Of a stretch of 16,162 bases of DNA, positions 8,001 to 14,503 are shown one piece after another (the stretch's first letter is position 1; each line of letters opens with the position of its first letter). Both the position numbers and the translations under genes were made by a program. The notes beneath the pieces are model-generated. The model searched no databases and was not told the DNA's origin. It saw only the letters and a list, made by a program, of their open reading frames with translations. The DNA is from Promethearchaeota archaeon (lineage in GTDB: Archaea; Asgardarchaeota; Thorarchaeia; Thorarchaeales; Thorarchaeaceae), in the NCBI GenBank assembly GCA_027031765.1, contig JALVPN010000066.1:1-16162 (forward strand). The letters run 5' to 3'.

Positions 8001-9115
8001 AACATACACAGAAGACCGAGGAGCAGACTGGCAGCCACTACGTACGACGCGCCAACGAAACATGCTTTCAGGTATAGCGTAGCGTCAGCCTTCGCAACTA
8101 GTGGGGCGGCCTCCTGTAGTGTTGGGATTGAGAGGAGTGCCATTGCCATTATGCAACCCGCGTAGAACACGAACCTGTTCGCAATACGGTTGTTGCCGCT
8201 GAGTGTGACGTAGCTGAGCAATATGTCCTTCAAGTCATGGATGCCGCGGATTCGAAGACCTTCCGTTCTCTTTGGTACCCCTACAATGGTCCAGACAATC
8301 GCTGCTACCAGCCACCCGATGAGTACCAGTACGATGACGGCCGGCATGACGAGTAGTAATGACCATGTGATGGACACGAGAAGTGTGATGTCGGGGAGGA
8401 GCACACTCGCCAAGGGCAAGTAGAACATGATACACGGGGCCACAACGCATGCCATACAGAGCCCCAGTGCTGTGTGGCAAGCGATGTCGGTCTTGTCGGA
8501 ACCAGTCAGAGCAGCATGCTGCCTCGTGCGCCAAAAGTGGACCAAGTACATGCACCACACAAGCGACAACACGACCAAGTACCTCTGCACGAGAACGCCA
8601 TCAGGGACTATCTGTGAGGGTGTACTTCCATAGACCAAGATATGTATGGCCTCACGGACGAAAGGGGCACTGAATGTGCACATGGCGATAGACAACACAG
8701 CTAGAATCTCGACAGCATGCCTCACGAAGGGCAAGAATGTCCATCCAGTAGGCGAGCTGGTGGCCGACTCGGCGCGCCTCTGCATGTTCCACCCCCGCAT
8801 GAAATTGTCTATTGCCACAGCAACAAAGGTCGGCAGGCCAATGAATGTTGTCACAATCACTGCCCAAACGGGTGTGAATCCCAGTTCGCATAACAAGGCC
8901 TCCAGGAAGGTCAAGTAATACAGTTCGCCATACGTGCAGTACAACACGACCCTAACAATCATGGCGGCCAGGGGCAAGAACCAGCCGATGAGTGCAAACA
9001 CCACACAGTACAAGAGAAACTTGCCTCGCTCCGCGTGCCCAGTCGAATGTTTCGTCGTGGCCAAGACAGATTGCCTCCCGCATGGCATGCGAGACCAGAC
9101 GGGCAGCGTGCCCAC
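5021..9115 (-). CDS. 1364-aa membrane protein: about 10 TM helices, divergent RCK/TrkA-N-like domain(s), ACT-like domain(s), acidic tandem-repeat insert
   Basis: About 10 hydrophobic segments in the first 460 aa. YAYLLVGSGKVAEFF (aa about 472) resembles the Rossmann GxGxxG start of TrkA-N. ARSL...VLVTVVDSSN...VFPNRWLAS resembles the RCK-N ending, and a second similar ending occurs at IRLVIETED...IVPRPQLVASML. HLAVCMNDAPGSFIRLLETLAG resembles the ACT beta1-loop-alpha1. The ORF is high confidence; the domain calls are moderate. The GTG start is uncertain by a few codons. Confidence 0.75.
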   Translation of the reverse strand: MGTLPVWSRMPCGRQSVLATTKHSTGHAERGKFLLYCVVFALIGWFLPLAAMIVRVVLYCTYGELYYLTFLEALLCELGFTPVWAVIVTTFIGLPTFVAVAIDNFMRGWNMQRRAESATSSPTGWTFLPFVRHAVEILAVLSIAMCTFSAPFVREAIHILVYGSTPSQIVPDGVLVQRYLVVLSLVWCMYLVHFWRTRQHAALTGSDKTDIACHTALGLCMACVVAPCIMFYLPLASVLLPDITLLVSITWSLLLVMPAVIVLVLIGWLVAAIVWTIVGVPKRTEGLRIRGIHDLKDILLSYVTLSGNNRIANRFVFYAGCIMAMALLSIPTLQEAAPLVAKADATLYLKACFVGASYVVAASLLLGLLCMFFMLRGPESVYGSHILRLNFRTQLIVLLMAMFTKYVYIAQMVFFPITPGPSSLTNPSLLMAIDLGMAVPFYAMVLSSFTRYSEESDFIGNVVTRALSSGTYAYLLVGSGKVAEFFVIDVVSRTLFQEDLLEGIDKGYPVLVSRKTGISLQALPRSPTRPDTWIYIVKGMAVIDSAQTIRTMGTHPHLGTYGVLEIALDSPRHMVLLVPAIVEDVSRNPIARRFMRYAKIVVYTPFNRTAMLSMLQHARSLRDRPIDFNRTWPVLVTVVDSSNTVQLVMRENTITAAGSPRLDTVPVFPNRWLASFTGAFALIGWALPNARRITGSGATEAPARHGESGADYPALLDADIVSVGEPSRRLFYALETMVWGLVSTMNGGNKSAFKKEAEKELASISAYMVRPDRWEAFVYRPRHDALVTGLVPLHFRDSLGTSEDEAPLVKWLDVFIGQPHQGVLHNVVHNMQVVSIDGSEVDPFMVTKWLMRVLQFRTSQQTGGGPSSGGSADHDFPHVEHTIRLVIETEDANQARTCIETLARTMRSCGHIHLIPTIVPRPQLVASMLSAIARYGEHPSRHDEPVTPRQDEHDVRLPHCRIHCHAGRQIAKNPDENAMGFHWILHPDYLLVTRGLVRGRVTYGCSSPNIIPLVLMLRHLIYDRQGDEMTGSESGSHPPTSEYPRKWSVAHLAVCMNDAPGSFIRLLETLAGTVGMDISDRPSGTPTKNLLTFTIVPCNQWEPRAIVQAVWDYVDTKDTGDGEGTEDTGDGEGTEDTGDGEGTEDTGDGEGTEDTGDGEGTESEAGLPWIKTAYIVTDEGGKSVWSHIASRFVKIASRFGSELGLKVTESNGGVYIKIAPIAQYTPQGSRVSKRLDTNMDTRLCPAAAYRTMDNMGLQARFGTNNLLCFAASYDLLLKQLGKPGGRLIEMEGMEGSADNTQFVLEVLVASVSGPCYRDCFADRTGGGNSSGSGSTTATTKPCTWVSMVLRLSNPESTQSGRRPT
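5630..5764. repeat. Perfect tandem repeat, 5 x 27 bp (CTCAGTGCCCTCACCATCCCCAGTGTC), coding (DTGDGEGTE)x5 on the minus strand
   Basis: Identical units at 5630, 5657, 5684, 5711 and 5738, with no spacers. In frame with the 1364-aa CDS. Confidence 0.97.
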
Positions 9116-9163
9116 CCAGGCGCCCGACAGCCCCTTTTTGAAAAAGGTCAGGTCTTGCGCACG

Positions 9164-9170
9164 TATATAA
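9164..9170 (-). promoter_or_regulatory. Candidate archaeal TATA box (TTATATA) for the 1364-aa gene
   Basis: Rare AT-only heptamer in GC-rich sequence, about 49 bp upstream of the GTG at 9115. Matches the archaeal TATA consensus; position-based inference only. Confidence 0.5.
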
Positions 9171-9507
9171 GAATAGCGAAGCTCCTCCGTGGCCCTCTCA
9201 CGGCCGGCCTGTGCCAGATGTCTATGTTCCTAGAACCAGTGCGGGCTTTCATGGCTACAAGAAGACCTGTGCCTGGAGTTTCTTGGGAGCCACAACACAA
9301 TGCCTTTGCATGGTCAGACCCGCCTGTGATGTGCATGGGTGGTACTCTCCATTTCCGGGTCACAGGACGCTGACTGCCGATGGAGTTGCAGTGCGCTGAA
9401 GGGTACACTGACGCCTCCTTGTCCTAGCACGGAGGGCCGGCACTGTCCGCATGCTGATTGACAGCATGGCGTGATACCGCGACCCACTCGATGGCGAGTC
9501 GAGTCAT

Positions 9508-10095
9508 TCAGGTCTCGGGGCTCCCACTCGTGGGTGCCGTTTCCTTGGTGGCGGAGCGCCCAGAGAGATCCCAGTAGGTCGCGTACTTTGCGAGAGCAAT
9601 GACTGTCAGGATGCCGGTCACACCTATTGCGACTACAGAGTACGTGACTAGGGCCTGCGCCTCTGGTGGGACATCCTGATAGACACGCACCTCCCAAGAG
9701 TCGCCCAGTACCATGTGGCCTGTGACACGCACCTCCGTGGCCCCTGTCGCATTGAATGAGTAGAATGCCGTTGCCTGTGCACGGCTGGACGACCCGCTGG
9801 AGGACTCTGTGTCTAGGACAGTGGCATTGTAGACCGTGGTACCATTGAGGAGGATGATCACGTCCCCTTTTGCGGTCGCTATGCTGCCGCCGCTGCGATA
9901 GATGTCCACGCGGATGGTGTACGCATGGTCGCCTTCGACGGTCGTCGTGAAGACAAAGTCATCTTCCAGGCCCGTGTCGTAGCCAGCAACGTACTGTTCG
10001 AGGTTGAGGTTGGCAAGGACAAAAGTGCAGACTGAAAGGGCCAGCGCTGCGATACAGACGACTGTCACTCGCTTCCAGAATGTCTTCGTACCCAT
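9508..10095 (-). CDS. Two-TM surface protein with a beta-rich extracellular domain; paralog of 852-1508
   Basis: Perfect GGAGGTG at 10108-10102 supports ATG 10095 (MGTKTFWKR, 195 aa) over the GTG at 10104. TM1 VTVVCIAALALSVCTFVLA; sequons NGT, NAT, NAT; GDSWEVRVYQDVP; TM2 LVTYSVVAIGVTGILTVIALA. Confidence 0.85.
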   Translation of the reverse strand: MGTKTFWKRVTVVCIAALALSVCTFVLANLNLEQYVAGYDTGLEDDFVFTTTVEGDHAYTIRVDIYRSGGSIATAKGDVIILLNGTTVYNATVLDTESSSGSSSRAQATAFYSFNATGATEVRVTGHMVLGDSWEVRVYQDVPPEAQALVTYSVVAIGVTGILTVIALAKYATYWDLSGRSATKETAPTSGSPET

Positions 10096-10432
10096 TATGT
10101 GCACCTCCCACGCACGGCCCAGAGGCGACCTGCGGCGACCACAGGCCGACGGACGGGCGCGGGTCTGCAGACCGGGCGGGTACTATGGACTACCACTCCC
10201 CGGGCCATGCCGGGTCATTGCGGTAAGTCGTGGTCCCAGACACTTAAGTCATGTGGCAGTCCATACTGGCACCGGGCCTGTTGCTACATGGGCACTGCTC
10301 GCTGGGTGGCGGCTGCCGCGCTACAATAGCGGGCCCCGCATCACCTCTCATATATGTAGTAGACACACCGTCAGGACGTTGGCCGGGCGTCGCTGACATC
10401 TCCCGCTCCACCAGCAGGCAGGTGGTGTCTGT

Positions 10433-10465
10433 AGGGAGAAGGAAGAGGGGAAAAAAAAAAGAGGT
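10433..10465 (-). terminator. Oligo-T (T10) pyrimidine-rich archaeal-type terminator candidate
   Basis: A10 at 10451-10460 on the plus strand inside a purine tract, i.e. CCTC-T10-CCCCTCTTCCTTCTCCC on the minus strand, about 85 bp after the stop of 10544-11110. Confidence 0.65.
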
Positions 10466-10543
10466 GGTGACCGTCGTAAGGCGTGCGCCTTTTCGAGGCC
10501 ACCGGGGTACCCAGTCTGGGGCACGTAGGAATCACTAACGAGT

Positions 10544-11110
10544 CTAGTAGTACTTCGGTACGAAGTAGAGATGTGTCGTGTAGAATGTCTTTGCATACGT
10601 GGAGAAGCCGCCGCAGTAGTAGTAGCCATTGGCGTCAATGCGGACCAGGAGGTAGCAGATGCGCTCATTGTACCAAGTGCCGTAGCGGCCCTGGTCGTCA
10701 TAGCCGGACCAGTACGACTTGAGGATTCTGTCCTTGAACACCCAGGTCACCCGCCTGTGTGTCGCGCTGTATGTCGTGTAGGTATGGCTATGGGTAAGAG
10801 TGGGGCTAATCGGGTCGTCAAGGTCGAGGTCAGTTGAGATGGACGTGATCCCTCTGCGACCTACTGTCATGCGGACATAGATACGCCACTCACATGCGTA
10901 GACCTTTCTGATATCCACGGCGCCCCTGCAGATGTACGAAACAAACACGGGGTTTGTCCAGGCCCGACGCACCTTGCTGGCATCGATGTGTACAGTATAC
11001 TCCTCCACACCGCTGGCTTCGCTAGTGGGCGTCATCCACAGCGGTGCCACTGCCATGAAGACAATGGCCGCGGTGGCAAGGATGAGGATGGTCTTCTTTC
11101 TCAAGTCCAT
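10544..11110 (-). CDS. Secreted or membrane-anchored Tyr-rich, basic, beta-rich protein of unknown function
   Basis: Signal-peptide-like N-terminus: MDLRKK, hydrophobic TILILATAAIVFMAVAPLW, possible cleavage at SEA-SG. 19 Tyr and 4 Cys in 188 aa. Followed by a T-tract terminator. Confidence 0.8.
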   Translation of the reverse strand: MDLRKKTILILATAAIVFMAVAPLWMTPTSEASGVEEYTVHIDASKVRRAWTNPVFVSYICRGAVDIRKVYACEWRIYVRMTVGRRGITSISTDLDLDDPISPTLTHSHTYTTYSATHRRVTWVFKDRILKSYWSGYDDQGRYGTWYNERICYLLVRIDANGYYYCGGFSTYAKTFYTTHLYFVPKYY

Positions 11111-11296
11111 ACCAAAGCCACCCGACCCGGTCGCTTGTCTGTCGACTTATGAGGTTTCCGCTCGACTGGGCACCATCAGGGCTGCTGCAGTCCTCTGGAG
11201 CCATCCACCCCAGACTTGCCAACGTCAACTGGCATGAGCCCTGCTGTGGACTCGACATGGGACAGGAGGACAGGCACACGCATGTGGAAACGCAGG

Positions 11297-11923
11297 TCAC
11301 AGTCCAGCATCGGACCGCAGTTCTTGGAGGAGTTCCTGCAACTCGCCACGCTCAGGGATGTGTGCAGCTTTGGCCTCGTCACCAAGGACCACGAGGTAGA
11401 TGACTGCCGGCCCGGAAACGTAAGCACACGAGTCCGTGGGCACGGTGGCCCGTCCACGAGACCGATAGACCGGGAAGCCGGCAACGGCAGTGGGCTCCGG
11501 ACGCCCATCTGGCTCGATGTGCCACATACCGTCGGGAGGTGACTCTGCGGACTCCACCTCACCGGTCATTGCGACCAGTGTCAACAGTCCTGTAGACGGC
11601 TCCTTGAGCACATAGAGCGGGTGCATGTCGAGTACTGCGGCCTTCCCACACACCCTTGCAGGCACCTGCAGCCGCTCGGCAAGTGTTTCAGTGTCAGCAA
11701 CGAAGTTGAGCCGTACCTGGTAGCGCATCGTGGTGCAAAGGCCCACAATGAAGAGGGCAAGCAGGTACACAGTAAAGGCCACCACCGACAACGCGTCCAC
11801 CGGCGGGAAGAACAGGAGCCATACCAGGCCCAGTCCAAGGCCCACGACCTCCACAATGACACCGACCAGCCGGCCGGCCTTGGCGTTCTCCCTCTGTGCA
11901 GCCAACTCGTATTGTCTATACAA
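11297..11923 (-). CDS. Small membrane protein: N-terminal two-TM hairpin plus soluble domain, unknown function
   Basis: TM1 LVGVIVEVVGLGLGLVWLLFF, TM2 ALSVVAFTVYLLALFIVGLC, then about 140 aa of mixed alpha/beta sequence. TTG start is uncertain. Divergent from the zinc-finger gene. Confidence 0.72.
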   Translation of the reverse strand: MYRQYELAAQRENAKAGRLVGVIVEVVGLGLGLVWLLFFPPVDALSVVAFTVYLLALFIVGLCTTMRYQVRLNFVADTETLAERLQVPARVCGKAAVLDMHPLYVLKEPSTGLLTLVAMTGEVESAESPPDGMWHIEPDGRPEPTAVAGFPVYRSRGRATVPTDSCAYVSGPAVIYLVVLGDEAKAAHIPERGELQELLQELRSDAGL

Positions 11924-11961
11924 CTGTGCAAGCCACCATGCAGGCCCCCGGCCGGTATGCC

Positions 11962-12043
11962 AATAAGTGTTGCGAGCCCCAGACTGGCCCGCTCAGACAC
12001 AAACCAGCCCTCTCACGTCCGCAATGTCCCGAGAACACTTATT
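11962..12043. promoter_or_regulatory. 10-bp inverted repeat pair (AATAAGTGTT at 11962-11971 / AACACTTATT at 12034-12043) in the divergent intergenic region
   Basis: The two 10-mers are exact reverse complements, 62 bp apart, between divergently transcribed genes. AT-rich and promoter-like. Function is inferred. Confidence 0.45.
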
Positions 12044-12126
12044 TGTGTGCCCACCCAACCGCACAGGAGGTGGACAGACAAGATACCAGGGACGAATACA
12101 GGTATCCGGTCGGAGGATGTGCAACA

Positions 12127-14268
12127 TTGACACGCTACAGGGGAGCCGACCCGGTCGTTGACCTTGTCTATGAGGCCATGACACGGAGAAACAAACTGGC
12201 GTTCAAGTTGTTCTCGCACGCAGAGAGCGTCGTGATCCGACTTGAGGAGGTGGTCGAGGACGCCGCCTTCGGGGTAGCGGTCACCAGCGAGTACGAGCAC
12301 TACCACAAACGGGCCCACTGTGAACCCGGCTCTGACCTCTCCAGTGTCCACACATACTCATTGCAGGGGACACGCGTACCACCAATGCGGCCCACTTCGT
12401 TCACAACACGCTACGACGAGTTCCCACGGGAGGGCAGCGTGCTCACGGAGGCCTGTAGGTGTGGTGGCCGACCAGTGACATGTCCCAACTGTTCTGGCAC
12501 CCGTGTTGTCACCTGCCCCAAGTGCTACCAACCGCGGAGTGGCAAGTGTAGAAACTGTGCCGGTAGCGGCCTCGTGGACTGCCCACAGTGTGGTGCGACC
12601 GGGCGTTGCAGTGGGTGCGGGGGCTCTGGCACAGTGCGGTGTCCAGAGTGTAGTGGGAGGGGCACCGTGCTCAGGGAGTGGAAAGAGAGGCGCACCTGCA
12701 GGGCGTGCAGTGGTAGGGGCTACGTGAGCGGCTATCCGTGTACCAACTGCTACACCACGGGTGTTGAGACCGTGACTCGCTCCGAGTATGTCACCTGCTC
12801 GCGTTGCGGTGGTGAGGGCCGTGTGCCGCACAGCAAGTGCGGTGGGACTGGCAAGTGTACACGCTGTGGGGGTGAGGGGCATGTGCCTTGCGAAGTATGT
12901 CACGGCACGGGCATCTGCCAGTTCTGTGATGGTGCTGGCACCAAGACCTGTCCAACGTGCGGGGGCGGTGGTACAGTGACGTGCCCGGTCTGCGAGGGGG
13001 TTGGCAGCCTCCTCCTCTACGTCTCTGACTGTTACGAGTACGAGCCCATCTGCGACGACGACCGTGTTGTGCCGGGGTACTTCAAAGATGTGCGTGACAG
13101 GCTCGACAGCAGCCTTGCAGTGGCAATGGAGCGCCTCGACGCGGACGACCTCTACTCCGCCATCGGGCTCAGCAACAACCGCATGCTGGGCACCCTCGAC
13201 AGGGCAAAGGAGCTGCACTCGGGCCTGATAGCAAGGGCGAAGGGACGCCAGTTCAACACCGGGAGCACCGACCCCGACAGTGCTCTCAGAGCGGAGGCAC
13301 GTTCAAAGGTGGAGTCCGAAGTCGACAGGGACTGGGCTGCCAACAACAGTGACTCGTACTACGCATCCTACCTGCTACATGTGCCCGGCAGCGCCCGCAG
13401 TACGGACTCGGACCGGTACTACACCACAATAATCGCCATGAAACACGACTTCAAGACGTGGCCGCTCGGGCTTGTCAACTACACTGCTGGTGGGAAGCCG
13501 CGCACAAGGTACGTAGTCGGTACGAAGGAGGCCTCTGTGACAACTGAGAAAGGGGCGAGCAGACGCGCCCTGGGTAAGGTCCTGGCCTTCGTGGTCGGCG
13601 TCTTCACACTATCAGTACTCCTGCTCAACCAGTTCACCAGTTACCAGTTCTACCCCGCCTACGGTTCCCTCTGGCTGGCCCTTGCTCTCGTGTCATGGGC
13701 ATCATATTTCGCCCTCCTATACCGTACTGTGAGCACCCAGACCGAAGAGCTGGTCGTCGTCACGAGTACGGACGACCTTGACGGTCTGACGTTGGTAGCG
13801 GCACTGGCCCACTGTGCAGCCGAGGAGGACGCTGCGGTCCCCGAAGACCCCATATGCGAGAAACTGACCGCGCACCTCCTTGGAGACCGCCTCGTGCTCG
13901 GCTCATCGGTCTGTTACACACTCTCAAGGAGCACCGGACGCGGTGTCCGCGTGCTGTACATGTCAGGGGCCACGGTCAGGACTCCGACCGCAGCGGCACG
14001 GGCACTCGTATCACTGGCAAGCAAGGTGATTGTCGTGGTCTCAGCAGGTGCGGACGGGGCAGACCTACTAGACAGCATTGTTGCTCTGGTGAAGGACGCC
14101 ACATCTCAGAAGCTGCTCGTGGCCCCTGAGGGCGTGCCAGTGCCTGACGACATCGGGGGAAAAAAGGTCAACATGGACCTCAGTGCGGTCAGGGGCATGT
14201 TGGAAACGGCATCGGACAGTGCGACGCGCACCCTAAGACCGCTACTGTCCCAGGTGATCGGTGACTGA
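12127..14268 (+). CDS. SSUH2-like protein with an expanded CxxCxGxG zinc-knuckle array, two TM helices and a C-terminal degenerate GTPase-like domain
   Basis: 14 CxxC + 1 HxxC + 1 CxC motifs at 12454-13005. Flanking segments PTSF...FPREGSVLTEAC, CEGVGSLLLY and IIAMKHDFKTWPLGLVNYTAGGKPRTRYVVGT recall SSUH2-family sequences. Two TMs at about 13567-13722. C-terminal strand order fits a small-GTPase fold lacking GKS/T. No J-domain. Start taken as TTG 12127 (GGAGG at 12112-12116; 713 aa); ATG 12178 or GTG 12070 are alternatives, and the track start at 11896 overlaps the divergent gene. Confidence 0.78.
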   Translation: MTRYRGADPVVDLVYEAMTRRNKLAFKLFSHAESVVIRLEEVVEDAAFGVAVTSEYEHYHKRAHCEPGSDLSSVHTYSLQGTRVPPMRPTSFTTRYDEFPREGSVLTEACRCGGRPVTCPNCSGTRVVTCPKCYQPRSGKCRNCAGSGLVDCPQCGATGRCSGCGGSGTVRCPECSGRGTVLREWKERRTCRACSGRGYVSGYPCTNCYTTGVETVTRSEYVTCSRCGGEGRVPHSKCGGTGKCTRCGGEGHVPCEVCHGTGICQFCDGAGTKTCPTCGGGGTVTCPVCEGVGSLLLYVSDCYEYEPICDDDRVVPGYFKDVRDRLDSSLAVAMERLDADDLYSAIGLSNNRMLGTLDRAKELHSGLIARAKGRQFNTGSTDPDSALRAEARSKVESEVDRDWAANNSDSYYASYLLHVPGSARSTDSDRYYTTIIAMKHDFKTWPLGLVNYTAGGKPRTRYVVGTKEASVTTEKGASRRALGKVLAFVVGVFTLSVLLLNQFTSYQFYPAYGSLWLALALVSWASYFALLYRTVSTQTEELVVVTSTDDLDGLTLVAALAHCAAEEDAAVPEDPICEKLTAHLLGDRLVLGSSVCYTLSRSTGRGVRVLYMSGATVRTPTAAARALVSLASKVIVVVSAGADGADLLDSIVALVKDATSQKLLVAPEGVPVPDDIGGKKVNMDLSAVRGMLETASDSATRTLRPLLSQVIGD

Positions 14269-14503
14269 CCTGACAGGACCCCGGGGCAACAGGCCGGAGC
14301 ACGCTGGCACCACGACACCTGTTGGACACGTGGTCTGGTAAGTGCGCGACTGGCGAGCACAGGAGCACACGGTACATGGCCGCAGTGGGGTCCCAGCTCC
14401 GGGAGGCACCAGCACAGGACTGAGATACCACCCACACAGGCTACATTGAAATAGTGGCGGGGTGACCAGTCCGTATCAGCACAGCGGGGGCAGTGGACGG
14501 ACA

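Noticed and set aside
5021-9115. Calling the giant protein a potassium channel (MthK/Kch) or TrkA
   Set aside because: No TVGYG-type selectivity filter was found, and the TM count and length do not fit. Only the RCK-like similarity is retained.
10162-10173. Perfect 12-bp palindrome GGTCTGCAGACC upstream of the 9508-10095 gene
   Set aside because: A few palindromes of this length are expected by chance in 16 kb of GC-rich sequence; there is no second copy or adjacent TATA box.
11896-12126. N-terminal extension of the 790-aa track ORF
   Set aside because: It overlaps the start of the divergent gene and the promoter-like repeats, and reads as non-protein-like. A downstream start with GGAGG is more plausible.
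12358-13218. 286-aa antisense ORF, and similarly 2332-2973(+), 5342-6010(+), 6377-6937(+) and 94-468(+)
   Set aside because: All are fully overlapped by better-supported genes on the opposite strand, have no motifs or RBS, and are expected shadows in GC-rich DNA.
12127-14268. Calling the zinc-finger protein DnaJ
   Set aside because: No N-terminal J-domain or HPD motif, no G/F region, 16 rather than 4 zinc half-sites, and TM helices follow.
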